From Macrostomum lignano (taxonomy: Eukaryota): a DNA stretch of 64,000 nucleotides. The position numbers and the translations under genes are program-made. The DNA is taken from assembly GCA_002269645.1 (NCBI GenBank), contig NIVC01003259.1, positions 1-64,000 of the forward strand. Direction: 5' to 3'. The notes below the pieces were generated by a model. The model was not told the DNA's origin and searched no databases. It worked only from the letters and a program-made list of their open reading frames with translations. This document shows positions 31,577 to 43,890 of the stretch, one piece after another (the first letter of the stretch is position 1; each line of letters opens with the position of its first letter).

Positions 31577-34500
31577 TGTTGTGTTCTAATTAACACAGAG
31601 AGTTTCTTTGATTGAAGCTTTCTCGGCGAGACACAAATCTCGCTCACAATATATTTATAGAGGTGAAACTCCTACTTGCACGTTGCATTGCAAATCGATA
31701 CGCAATCACCTACACATTCTAGTCTGAGTACAGTATACGCCCACGCATTCAATAAGGTCAATAGTTAATTGTCAGTGGTCAGTTCATTGCGCAAGCATTG
31801 TCAATCACAACATACTCCCCCCTTCCGGAAGAGGATAACGCGCCGGTTGCCGTCGAGCTCGAGTTGACCTTCGAAGTTCAGGTGGAGGTGGCGGCTCGCC
31901 CGTCCGTGGGGGCGGAGCCGGCGGCAGCGGCAAATCGAACAAGTCGTCCTCTTGGTCGGCCGCGCCGTTGTCAGCCGGTGGGCTGTTGCACTTAACCAGC
32001 CGACTCGCTTGCCACTTTGTACCGTCGGACAGCACGAAGGTGTTGCGCCCTGCTCGGGAGGCGATCTTTAGCGGTTCCTTCAGTCAGGTCGCCAGCTTGT
32101 GCGCTCGGTGCGGCGTCTGTCGCCAGACCTAATCTCCGGCCTGGAGCGTAGAGTCACGAGCCCGCCTTCGCTTGTTGGTGTTGGCTTGCCTCTCAGTGAT
32201 AGCGTGGCGCAGATCGCTGTCGTCCCGCTGTTGCACTGGAGTTGGCCTGAGCAGCTGCAGTCCGGACCGCAGCTTGCGCCCGATCATCAGCTCGGCTGGA
32301 GTCAGCCCGATGAGAGCGTGCTGACTGGTCCTGTAGGTCTTGAGCACCAGGTCGATGGCGTCCTCGAAATTCGCTCCCGCCCTCAGGTTCGCTGCCAGGC
32401 CCTCCTTCAGACTCCGGTTGAATCGCTCGACTCCGCCGTTGCCTTGCGGGTAGTACCGGCTCACTCGGCTGTGCTTGATGCCCTCAGCTCGCAGGAACTC
32501 TTCGAACTCGTCGCTGACGAACTGGGGTCCGTTGTCGCTGATCAGCATCTTTGGGACTCCCCACCGGCCGAATAGCTTCCGAAGCGTCTTGATGATGTTG
32601 GCAGAGGTGACGGTTTCCATGGCTGCAATCTCCGGCCACTTGCTGTACAGGTCGTGGATCACCAGTAGGAACCGCTGGTGTCGAGGAGCCGCGGCAACCT
32701 CGCCGAAGATGTCGATCTCGACCTTGTCCCACGGTCCATCTGGCCACTCGATTGGTGTCACGATCGTCTGTTAAGGCTTGCCGGACTTCTCCGCCAGAGT
32801 GCAGGCCGTGCAGTTCTTGACGTAGTCCTCCACCTGCCGGTCAATTCCAGGAAACCAGACCGTGTCGCGGCACCGCTGCTTTGACCGAACGACGCCCGGA
32901 TGCCCTTCGTGTGCCTCCTCGATGACTTGAAGTCGCAGGCTCGTCGGGATGATCGCGCGTTCACAACGGCCGAGGCACTGACCGTTGTTCCAGCAGAACA
33001 GCTCGTCCCGGACGTTGAAGTACGGCTTCAGAGAGCTGTCCACATTCGTCGGCCAGCCGCCCGAGATGTACTGCAAAACCGCCTGCAGCACTTCGTCCTC
33101 CTTGGTCGCCGTTGACAGTGCGTCTGCCGTCAGCGTTGTTTTCGAGTCGACGACTGCGTAGACGTAGCCCTCCTCGTCGGTCTCCTCGGCTGGAACGCGC
33201 TCCGTCGTGGCCCATCTGGACAGCATGTCCGCGCACTTGTTGTCAGCGACAGGGATGTGCTCAAACCGGACGTCTTAGCCGCGAAGTCTCTCGACCCATC
33301 GATGAATGCGAAGAGGCCTGTGCCCCATGCCTTTCGAGTCGAGCAGAGTTGTCAGGGCCTTGTGGTCGGTGCGCAGCGTTACTCGTCTGCCGTATAGATA
33401 GTAGTGCCAGCGTTCGATGCTCCATACACAGGCCAGGGCTTCTTGCTCTCCGGCTGAGTATCGCTTTTCCGCTGGGCTGAGTGCTCTCGATGCGAACGCA
33501 ATTGGCACCTCTTTTCCGTTTTGTACTTAGCTGAGCACTGCCCCCAGTCCGTCTAGACTTGCATCGCAGGTGACGTACGTCTCAGCTTGGCAGTCAAAAT
33601 GAGCTAACACTGGGCTGCTGGTTACGGCTGACTCGAGTGTACGGAAGGCTGTACGTTCTCGCTCACCCCAGTGCCAGTCCGCGTCCTTTTTGAGCAGTTG
33701 TCTCAGAGGCTCGGCAATTGCTGAGTAATGCGGTATGAACTTGTGCAAAAAGTTCACTGCCCCGAGAAACGATTGAATTTTCGCGACCGTTGATGGCTCA
33801 GGAATTCTTAGAATTGCGTCGACGTTGGACTTGGTCGGTTTGAGGCCGTCTGCAGAGATGACCAATCCGAAGAAATCCACGCTCGCCTGCCGGAATTTGC
33901 ACTTCTCTCGATTGAGTGTGAAGCCTTCGCGATGAATCCGCCCTAGGACTTCTCGGAGGTTCTTGTCGTGCTCAGTCTCGTCCTTGCCGTGCACCAGGAT
34001 GTCGTCCACGATGTTGATGGCGCCAGGAGCTCCTCGAAGCACCGTCTGCAGGGCTCGCTGGAAGGCAGCTCCGGAGCTGGATAGCCCGAATGGCACCACG
34101 GTGAACTGATACAGGCCGGCATCGGTGATGAAGCACGTCAGTCCTCGAGAGTCTGGATGCAGCGGAATCTGCTGGTAGCCTTGACGCAGGTCCAGCTTGC
34201 TGAAGCACTTCGAGCCGTTGATGCTGGACGATAGGTCCTCGATTGACGGTACCGGATAGCGGTCCGCGATCACCGCCTTGTTGACCTGCCGCAGATCTAC
34301 CCAGAGACGAACCTTGTTGGACTCCTTCTTGCGCGTCACGACAACGTTGCTAACCCACTCGGACGCGTCGACCTTCTCAATGATGCCCTGTTGCTCCATC
34401 CGGCTGATCTCTGAAGTCACTTCGTCTTTCAGGCCGATCGGCAGCTTCCGCATTGGCTGAGACACAGGCTTGACCGAGGCGTCGATCTTTGTCCGGTGAA

Positions 34501-35935
34501 TGAAGCTCTTGGACCGGCCCAGACCGTCCAAGATTCCGGGGAAGTCGCGCTCGATCGTAGTCTCGCTGATGCTCATCACTCTGTTGTCACCTTGGAAGAT
34601 TTTGAATCCGAGGGCCTGAAACAGGTCACGGCCCAGGATGTTCGCTCCTTTGTCGGCGACGTAAAATGTGGCTTCTGTCCTGATGCCGTTGAACGTCACT
34701 GGAAGCTCGACCTTGCCGATGGTCTTGATCACAGATCCACCGTATGCCTCCAGTTTTGTGCTCGTCGGAAGCAGCGGGTGCCTAGCGAATTACTTCTTGA
34801 ACGTCTCCGTGTTTAGCAACGAAACGGCAGCACCGCAGTCGATTTGCAGTCGAATCAGCTGTCCGTCCAGACGGCATTCGCAGAATAAGCTGTCTGTGCT
34901 CTTGTTGTTCACGGCCAGGACCATCAGGCTGGACTCTGCAGGCTCTTTGGTGTCGATCGCAGAGACCGCTTTCATGCGGCACATTTTCGCGAAATGGTTC
35001 GTCTTGCCGCATCGTCTGCATTTCTGGCCCATCGCCTTGCATTCGCCCTTGTGTCCGTGGTTGCCTCCGCATCGAGTGCACTTTGGACCTGCTGCTGCGG
35101 TCTTCTCATGGCGAGCAGCTGGCTTCGGCTTCTTGCTCAGCGCCTTCACGTGGAGCTCTGGGCCGCTGACCTGCTTGGCATTTCTGATGGCTGCTTCGAT
35201 TCGCTCAGCCTTCTTGATGGCGTCATCTAGCGTCAGATCGTCCTCCTCCATCAGGAGTCTTTCCCTAATGCGAGGTACGCAGGTTTTCTCCACAAGTTGG
35301 TCTCGAATCATTTTGTCGTGAAAGGTGCCAAAGTTGCAGTTTATTGCCAGTTCTCTCAGGGCCATCACGTAGTCTCCGATGCTCTCGCCGTCGTGCTGGG
35401 CTCGCTGCCGAAAGGCAAAGCGCTCTGCTATGACGCTTCTTGACGAGCTGAAAATCGCCTTCAGTGCCTTTTTGGTCTCCTGAAGCGACTTGCTTGCATC
35501 GACGTTTGCAGCTCGGCGGCGTCCTTCCTCACCAAACAGATCTAAGAGGATCGCATTTTTCCGACTCTCTGATGCCTCTTCGAGAGCTCCAGCTACCAGG
35601 AAGTTCTCAAATGACTTGATCCACCTTGCCCATGGCACAGGAGGTTCGCCTGGTACTGGTTGAAACTCCGCTGGGTACGGGAGTCCGCTCGTCGCCAATT
35701 GTTGTGTCCTAATTAACACAGAGAGTTTCTTTGATTGAAGCTTTCTCGGCGAGACACAAATCTCGCTCACAATATATTTATAGAGGTGAAACTCCTACTT
35801 GCACGTTGCATTGCAAATCGATACGCAATCACCTACACATTCTAGTCTGAGTACAGTATACGCCCACGCATTCAATAAGGTCAATAGTTAATTGTCAGTG
35901 GTCAGTTCATTGCGCAAGCATTGTCAATCACAACA
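31577..35935 (-). mobile_element. Ty3/Gypsy LTR retrotransposon, full length, nonsense-disrupted
   Basis: 236-bp LTRs 31577-31812 and 35700-35935 (TG..CA; one mismatch seen). PBS TGGCGACGAG next to the 5' LTR; PPT AAGGGGGGAGTA at 31813-24. Order gag(CCHC)-PR(IDCGA)-RT(IVDD)-RH-IN(HHCC, DDE). Flanks GTTGG/GTTTG (5-bp TSD with one mismatch). Confidence 0.97.
31805..35700 (-). pseudogene. Single-frame gag-pol with six in-frame stops
   Basis: Stops at 34790, 33527, 33275, 32771, 32129, 32084 all lie in one frame (differences are multiples of 3); no frameshifts. Confidence 0.92.
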
Positions 35936-36264
35936 GTTTGTAAGTAACACCAGCTCCCGCTCCATAGCAATAACCAATCCGAACCCCGAATCCAACCCCC
36001 ACAAAGCAGCCCTTTCGCAGGAGCTCAGGCCTTAACAAAGTCTCAGCCATCAACGTAAGTAACAGGAGGTGGCGGGACCTTCTTGCGGCCCTCTGGCCGC
36101 CAAGAAGTAGCGGTCTAGGTCTAACGACCTCCCGCTGTACCCTCCACAGCAAGATAGAGTACAACCAAAGCATTGAATGCGGGTTTTGCCTTGGCTAGAG
36201 CCTTAAAAGCGGTAAGTGAGACAGGGAATAAGATTGGGGTTTAGAAATTAGGAGGGGGCATTGG

Positions 36265-36820
36265 TTTTGGATAGGGTACTGGATAGAAGGACCGTGTTAT
36301 ATGGGATGGGGTGCAGGATAAGAGGGAGCCTTGGTTTGGGATGGGATGCTAGACAGGAAGGGGCCTTGCTATGGGATGCACGGGGGTGCAGGACAGGAGG
36401 GGGCCTTGGTATGGGATGGGGTACAGGACAGGCAGGGCCTTGGTTTGGGATGGGGTGCAGGATAGGAGGAGGCCTTGGTAGAGATGTACGGGGTGTAGGA
36501 CACGAGGGGGCCTTGGTTATGAGATGGGGTGCAGGACAGGAGGGGCCTTGGTTTGGGATGGGGTGCAGGATAGGAGGGGGCCCGGTTTGGGGTCGGGGGT
36601 GGGTGCGTGGGTTTGGGTTCGGGGGGGGCGTCTTTGGGGGGCCCGGTTTGGGTCGGGGGTGGGTGCGTGGCGGTGGTGGGTTTGGGGTCGGGGGTGGGTG
36701 CGGCGGTGGTGGGTCTGGGGTCGGGGGTGGGCGTCTTTGGGTGGCCCTCTCGCCTCATTGGCCGGGGGCCCCGGCCAATCCGGTGCGATGGCGGTGGAGG
36801 GTTCCACTTTCCTACTACTT
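36265..36820 (-). repeat. Right arm of the ~0.5-kb inverted repeat (partner of 21579-22075)
   Basis: Reverse-complement homology visible in the sequence and in mirrored ORF translations. Confidence 0.8.
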
Positions 36821-37004
36821 ATATGTTATTAGACCTTACCAACCCAGGTCCGGTAAATATTACAAAGAGTATATTACGTACACACGCCAACCCCGAATAC
36901 CAAGCCATACTAGTCTACTTGCAGTGCTCCCGGAGGGAGATGGTCAGGAGTTACACACCAAGAATGCATTCACACAAAGAGTACACCACTCGAGCCCTGT
37001 CCAG

Positions 37005-37349
37005 GCGCCCCGATATGTATGACGCAGGCAACCCTCCCGACATGTATGCAGCAGGCGGCCCTCCCGACATGTACCCCGACATGTATGTCGCAGGCGACCC
37101 TACCGACATGTACCCCGACATGTACACCCTACCATATGGCGCGCGAGCCACAGGTTCCAATCGCCGCCCGGCCCCCCCCCGAAATGTATGCCGCAGGCGC
37201 CCCCTGCCGAGCCGAAGGTACTCTTCCAATATGAGTGTACACTCTCCCAATACAAGTGTACACTCTCCCAATATGAGTGCACACTCCCCTGATATGAGTG
37301 TACACTCTCCTGATATGTGTGTACACCGATATGTAGTCAACGATACGTA
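37005..37349 (+). repeat. GC-rich minisatellite block, direct copy of 19190-19421
   Basis: Shared CCCGA(C/T)ATGTA units, GTACACTCTCCC units and an identical 28-mer. Confidence 0.85.
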
Positions 37350-38892
37350 TTAGCACAAAATTAGGCTAGTGAAAACTACTTATAGTAGGTGAAATTGCGT
37401 ATATTTACATAAAAAAGTAGGCAAAACACATATTAAACATATCAGTAGGTGTAAATATCGATGCATAATGCATTTTACGAAACATATAGGTGTACAGACA
37501 TTTAGAATTAAGCATATGGGCAGCAAAAAACACACAATGTAGGTGCATTTTATCGATATATTGACAGAAAAGTAGTTGAAATAGACAAAATCGTAATACA
37601 AAGCGGGTACATATCGTTTTATTAGTGTAGTAGGCGCTTGCAGATGCATTATAATGTAAACATAGGTTGAAATACACATACGCACAGTAGACACAAGTAT
37701 AATGCAGGTGCATATGCACACACTGTAGATTCAAATTATGTAGATGCATAGGCTAAAATACACACATCGTAGAGGCAGAAGCAGGCATAATGCAGGAAAA
37801 TTATGATACATATTAGTGCGTAAAAGTATCATATTATGACACACTGTAGCACATATTGACATAATGCAGGGGAAAATATTGACAGAAATGATGCAAAATT
37901 GTAGAGGTAACAACCCGCCAACTAGTAAGGGCATCCAGCACTTGTTCAGGTTCTTATTATTTCGAGACGAGTGTCATGCCCCCGCAAGAGATCTTATCAG
38001 ACATTTGTTGATCCCCACTGCAACTCCCTCCCCAGAGCCTCCAAATGCGGGTTTTTAACCCAGGGTCGAGTACAAAGGGCCCGCCCACTCTTAACCCCAA
38101 GGGGAGATCCCTAGCGGAGACCAAGTACAGTACGGACGGAGAGGGGTAACGGAAAGCGCTGCTGCATTCTGCGGAGCTGCATTCTTACCCGAGGTAGGCG
38201 CGTCAGCTCCCACTCCTCATTTAAACATCAAGTAAACTAAAGAAGTCAAGCAGAAAGCCTTACAATCACCCGCAACCAGCACAAGTAAGATTACTTTCCA
38301 CTAGAGAGCCATAGTGCAAGATTCGCGAGCCAAGTTGAAGCACAACAAATTACACTAAAGACATATGTATTAAAAAGCATACCGGCACCTCTACAAAAAC
38401 ACAGTATGTACCGACAAAAGTTGCTTTTGGTGCAGTGTAATTAATAAAAAGCGGGTATCTTAGCACAAAAGTAGGCATCAATGCGGTGCACGGGCTAAAC
38501 TGTATTGACCTGGTTGACGAATGGTAAACCCCGACTGCTGACTAAATCAAACTCACTTTTCTAGGACTGAGCTGGCTAATGACTAAATTAACTTCACTTA
38601 TGTCCAAAAATTGTTAAAAGGTATATTTCACCCAACTTTGTTCAGCAAAACTAATGTCTGTTGGGTAGTATGAGCGAAAAAAGCAACATTTATTTATTCA
38701 ACTAGGTGCAAATACACTGTTTCCCATTCAATTACAACAAGTCTGCAATACAATTTGGACATCTGGACATTCATTTTCGACAATCTATTTTTATACTTTC
38801 AGTTGCACTTTGAAATTAGACAAAATGAACTTCAATTTAGACACACTTATCTGAGCCCTTCAGATCTTTGCTTCCTGTCACCTCTGCCTCTG

Positions 38893-38895
<3 letters not shown>

Positions 38896-38954
<59 letters not shown>
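38896..38954. repeat. (GA)n microsatellite
   Basis: Direct reading. Confidence 0.98.
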
Positions 38955-38956
<2 letters not shown>

Positions 38957-40905
38957 CACGGCGTGTTTAAAAAAATCAAAAGACTAATTAATTTAATATG
39001 GGCTACCGGTTTCGCGCCTCTGGGCTCTTCGTCAGGCCAAAAAATCTGTGTGTCATGCAATTCAAGTTGGTCTTTTAAGTTTATTTTTAAACGATTAACT
39101 AATTATTTTTCTTAGTCTGATAGAATTGATGAGTAGTTGTACATATGAGGGATGTACATTTAAAACCCTGTTTTGCCTAGCTCTAACTTGTCCCAGAGGC
39201 TTTCCACCATTAATTTTAAACGACAGTATATTTGTTATAAAAAAATTGTTATTTCGAAGTACTATACGATATGCGATACTATACGATTAGATGAAATGCC
39301 GGTATTGGTGGTAGGAGCATAAAAATCAATATTGAGCGTACAATTAAGCAGTTGGAATAAAATAAAATAAATGACACGTGACTAAATATTGTACTTCAAT
39401 AGGGTAAAAGTGAGCGCATCGGTTAAATTATTCAATGGTTTCCTGGCTGAGACTTGAACTTATTGGGAGCCAGGAGGCTCTGTAAGTTACGTTGCCGTGT
39501 AAATGCGGGCAGTATGCGGAAGCCTGGTTTATTTTGTAGCTTATTAAAGTTTTTAGCAATCTCGTTGGCAAGCCAGACCGTAGATGGGTGAAAAGGAAGG
39601 ACCAGTGGAATGGGTCGGAGAAGATGATTCGGAGAAGATGATTCGGAGGCGGTTTGTCAGTCCCCAGTTTTTTAATCCAGATTTCTTCCCTTAGTTCGAT
39701 CTTGTTGTTATTAATTACCTGTTCAATGGCAATGGTGACAAAGTTTGCAATCGAGTGATTGGGGGTGAGAAAATGATCCCGAAGTAACGACTCTCCTGTT
39801 AATATTTGACCTATGCTGGTTAATTCTATCGCTCATTGTTCTTATAGTCATCCCTACATAGAGGATTTTCCCAGGGTGACACTGGTTACAGGAGATGCCA
39901 TAGATGATGCTCTTGGAGCCGCAGGACAGGCTCTGAGAGATTAAAAAACCAGAAGCCGGTTTCAGTCCCTGGGCGGAGAGAGCAGGCGGTGAGTGGGTGC
40001 AGCATTTGCAGCGGGATGACCCACAGGGATGGAACCCTTTGGGAAGCAGACCCAGATTGGTCGTTGGTCCTGCAGTCCAGTTCATAAGTTTGAGGACCTC
40101 CTTTTTGCAGTTTCTAAGAAAAATCTTTGAGTAGCCTAATTGCTTGAGTTCCGATTTTAAAGAATTGAAAGGCTTCAGCCGGGTGGTTCCAGTGAATGAA
40201 GATATCATCTATGTATCTAAAATAAATTTTCGGCTTATAAAGAGCAGTTCTAAGGGCAGTTTCCTCCCAGAGGCTCATGAAGAGACAGGCATAGCTGGGC
40301 GCAAATATGCGCCCCATAGCTGTGCCTCTAAGTTGTAGGAAGATCATTTTGTCAAATTCAAAGTCATTCCTGTACAAACACAATTCCAGTAGCTTTATTA
40401 ACTCAGCATCCGGTCTAATGGGATCCGGGTATCGGTTAAAGAATTCCTGGATCGCTGCAATGCCCTGGTCTATAGGGATCATGGAGTATAGACTCTGGAC
40501 ATCACAGGTTGCCAGAGTCGAACCTTCCGTGCAGCATTTATCCATAAGGTGTGCCTTGAACTCATAGGAGTCCTTAATGAAAGTGGGTTGCGCTTGGGCA
40601 ATCGGTTTAAGAAAGAAGTCTATGTACTTTTCTGCCCCAATAGCTTCAGCTAACAATAGGTCTGCCTGCTGGGACCCGAAAGGGGATCAGCCAGGTGGCC
40701 GGGTCCTTGTGAATTTTGGGGAACAGGTAGAAATGCCGGGGACGGAAGTTCTCTCCAGGAGAAAGAAAAGAAAATTGTTTCTTAGTTATGAACTTTCTGT
40801 TACATAAATCGAGGAAGATCCCCTGATAATTCCCGCAGTCTCGGGTTGCAGTGGCTGGTCCAGCTGTTGATAGGCATTAGTGTTGAGGATTATTGTTGAT
40901 AGGCT
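38955..40905 (-). mobile_element. Penelope-like retroelement (RT + GIY-YIG), internally deleted and frameshifted
   Basis: FYLFPKIHK..GRPIVS, CDVQSLYSMIP, GTAMG, YFRYIDDIF (RT); FHPCGSSRCKCC, IIYGISC..LYVGMT..RINQHRSNI (GIY-YIG); hammerhead motif in the 3' non-coding end. Confidence 0.92.
39000..39038 (-). ncRNA. Minimal type-I hammerhead ribozyme motif in the PLE 3' terminal region
   Basis: Minus strand GGC-CTGACGA-A-GAGCC-CAGA-GGCGC-GAAA-CCGGTA-GCC: stem I GGC/GCC, stem II 4 of 5 pairs, palindromic ACCGGT, GUA site. Confidence 0.7.
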
Positions 40906-40910
40906 CTAGT

Positions 40911-40922
40911 GAGACAGAGAGA

Positions 40923-40998
<76 letters not shown>
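40911..40998. repeat. (GA)n microsatellite
   Basis: Direct reading. Confidence 0.98.
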
Positions 40999-41001
<3 letters not shown>

Positions 41002-41349
41002 TCTTAACTGTCCTTCACGAAAGAAATTTTTAACAGTATCATTCGCTTGTTATCTCTCTTCCAACGACCGCCGTTTTATCTGCGCTATATTCAAGCCCAA
41101 GGCTACAACTACAAACGCCAAAAATCGTTCTCACTTACAGCCTCAGATGAGTGTGAAATTGAATAACGGTTGTCGAAATTGAATCCGAGCTTTGCTCCAG
41201 AACTCAAATTTAGACCATAGACAAAGCGTACTCAACGAGGAACTGTTCAAATTGAATATCCGCTGTCTAAAACGAATATCTGAATTGTATTGTCTTTGTC
41301 TTTGTCAATGTCTTTTTCGAAAATAATCGGCATTTTTACTTCAAATAAA

Positions 41350-42408
41350 TTATTTTTTGTTGAACCGCGAAAGCAGAAGCTCTCTCGCCCTCTTATCGAT
41401 GTATTTTCTCTCAAGCATTTTATTGAGGATGTGAACGAATTATTTTCTATTCTCGTCTTTCATTCCAGTCTTTGCCGCTCCTAGAAGAACAACTAGCCGC
41501 TTGTAGATTTCAGGCATGCCTTCTCCGGAAGAGCTTGGTGGTGATTCGAATGATTAGTCAGAGGAGGATGTTCCTGGTGAGGGTTGCTGAAGCCTAGGTG
41601 TGAATACTCTGTCTTTGATTTGCTTCATTCGTTCTGGGGAGAGCTGCTCTAATTGTCGCCAAGTCTCAGGATTTGTATCTTTGTACTGCGAAACAAGAAT
41701 CGGGTCTATGGTGTCAAGTTGATCAAGTACTTGTTCAACCTGGGTTTTTTGTTGCTGTGGAGGCGGAGGTTGTTGTGGTTGTTGTTGTTGTGGTTGTTGT
41801 GGTTGCTGCTGTGGTTGTGGTTGTTGTTGTTGTGGTTGTTGTGGTTGTTGTTGTGGTTGTGGTTGTTGTTGTTGTGGCTGTTTTCTTATGACCTTTTCTT
41901 GATCCGGCAAACCAAACCATTGTTTAAAGTATTTGTATTTTCTTAACCTGTTCAAGACAATCCCGTTTTCATGTAAAATTTTCAAAACACCGTCGTTCCT
42001 GAGCATATCTATGTCCCTATCGAGAGCAAAGGTAACAAGATCTTTGTAATTTTCGAGCTGCTTTTTAGACGTATTCTCTAGATTTTTAGTCATGTAATCA
42101 AGTAAAGTTTGAGTGAACTGGATTCTTTTAGTTTTTGCGCCTTTATTGATTGAAATGTTTTCCTTTGTCACTTCAATGTTGTAATCCACCGGTTCCCCGG
42201 TAATATTTTTTCGCCAGGCGCTAATTCCAAAAATATATTTTCCATCATCCAGTACGGGGCCAAAAAAGTTATCCGTCACTTTCATCTGCACCGGTTGTGC
42301 TTCTGGTTGTCCTGGTTGCTGAGCCTGTGGTTGTCCCGGTGAAGATGGAATTTTACCCAATGTGTTTTGCAAGTGGCTCTCTTGAATATCATCGACTGCT
42401 TCCTTCAC
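41350..42408 (-). pseudogene. Polinton-associated protein with a Q/P-rich repeat, in-frame stops at 41554 and 41440
   Basis: DNFFGPVLDDGKYIFG..TLLDYMTK..LENYKDLV; read-through gives GEGMPEIYKRLVVLLGAAKTG..FVHILNKML, resembling C-terminal motifs of Polinton accessory ORFs. Confidence 0.55.
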
Positions 42409-42530
42409 AGTGTCGATGTTTTTCTACGCTTCTGTGTATCCGGGTTTGTGAAATTCGGTGGCTGCTTGGACGAATTCATTGTAAGATTGTTGTTCTTTGT
42501 TGATTAGTCCGGTAACTCTCTTTTCTGCTT

Positions 42531-43868
42531 GTGCCAGCTAGTTTCCGCTTCATTTCTTATTTTATTTTATTTTTAGTTAAAAAAATTAACGAACCATTGA
42601 CACCAGTTTTCTACAAGATTAACAAGCCTATTTTGAGTGATGATAGCACAATCAAAGCGACTCAGGTAAGAGTTCCCAGTCAGGAACTTCAGAATGAAAC
42701 TAATCTTGGTCCTGGTCAAACACTGACATTCATTTACAATGGATGTTCGTCTCTGGTTAGTGTGCACAGTCTTAAGAGCGGCTTCCATATGAAATTTCAA
42801 TTCAAGACAAAAGGTGGTGCGGATGCGGCTCGTGCTAACGTTGACAAGCATGATGCGGATGTGGCTCTGATCAGTAACTTTTGGGCGTACATGTTCAAGG
42901 AGTTTAGTGTATCGAATGGGAGCACTGAGTTGGAGCGAATCGCCAACTTTGGAATTGTCTATGACGCTCATTGTTTGATCGAGAATCCTGATTTTATTCA
43001 GTTGGGAAGTGGTGCGGGTTTTATTGCAGATGAAAAAGGAGACATCAATGACAGTGGCTATAAAAAGAGGAAGAAGAGATACAACTATGCATTGCAAGGT
43101 GCTGATGATGCTGCTAAGAACCCGCTGTATCGGTCTGTTGATTTATTTGTACCACTAAGATTCATGAGTGGATTCTGTAATGCATTTAATCGATTGACTA
43201 GTAACTTTAGCTACACATTTAGACTGACTAGAGATGATCGCAGTAGAGTGTTGTGGACTGGGGCGGACCACACTGGGATGGCTGTGAAGCTAACCGGAAT
43301 CGAGCTGTATTTGGAAGTCATTGAGCCAAAGACTGCACTAAAAGCGGATTATCTTAAGGCAATAGAGAAGGACATTGATGTTGCATACACGGCCTACATG
43401 TGTCGAGATGAGCGAAACGAAACTAGAACAAACATCTGCATTAAAGAGGGATCATGCAGCAATCCAAGGTATATCATTATTAACATGAGAAACCCAAATA
43501 GCATTATACGCTACATGCATGGAGACGTGCGGTCCATTCAGCATGAAATCAATGATCATCTTTACCCTGCGCTGCCACAAAATGGAGATTTCAGTCAGAA
43601 CAAGATTAGCAAATTTTACAGCGAGTTGGTCGACTTGGCTGTGAAAGAGAACAATGGAATTGCTATCACTGCTCTTCAATATGGAACTCTATATCCGATG
43701 TTTGGCGCTGATGTGTCTGCCAGACAAATGCCTACTGATAACAGCCCTGTGAATATCGTGACTAACATTGAGAGGACTGTCGCAACACCCGTGGACCTGT
43801 ACATTATCTATGCATTTGAGAGGAAGGTGAAGCTTAACATGATCAACAATTCATCCAGTAAAGTTTAA
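42531..43868 (+). CDS. Polinton major capsid protein, type 2 (start codon uncertain)
   Basis: DDSTIKAT..NLGPGQTLTF..VALISNFWAYMFKEFSVSNGSTELE..FVPLRFMSGFC..NPRYIII..DFSQNKISKFYSE..LYPMFGADVS..ERKVKLN. Long open frame; no ATG near the 5' end. Confidence 0.8.
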   Translation: MPASFRFISYFILFLVKKINEPLTPVFYKINKPILSDDSTIKATQVRVPSQELQNETNLGPGQTLTFIYNGCSSLVSVHSLKSGFHMKFQFKTKGGADAARANVDKHDADVALISNFWAYMFKEFSVSNGSTELERIANFGIVYDAHCLIENPDFIQLGSGAGFIADEKGDINDSGYKKRKKRYNYALQGADDAAKNPLYRSVDLFVPLRFMSGFCNAFNRLTSNFSYTFRLTRDDRSRVLWTGADHTGMAVKLTGIELYLEVIEPKTALKADYLKAIEKDIDVAYTAYMCRDERNETRTNICIKEGSCSNPRYIIINMRNPNSIIRYMHGDVRSIQHEINDHLYPALPQNGDFSQNKISKFYSELVDLAVKENNGIAITALQYGTLYPMFGADVSARQMPTDNSPVNIVTNIERTVATPVDLYIIYAFERKVKLNMINNSSSKV

Positions 43869-43890
43869 ATATTTTTTGTGGGTGAAAAAA

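Larger units (their letters stand above)
21579..36820 (+). mobile_element. Polinton/Maverick element 1 (decaying), interrupted by a Gypsy retrotransposon
   Basis: pPolB relic, integrase, minor and major capsid, adenain and A32-like ATPase in a co-oriented cluster, bracketed by an inverted repeat pair. True termini and TSD not identified. Confidence 0.9.

Noticed and set aside
31805-35700. Alternative genetic code (TAA read as Gln) explaining the Gypsy stops
   Set aside because: The stops align to different expected residues, include TAG and TGA, and TAA terminates other genes in the window normally.
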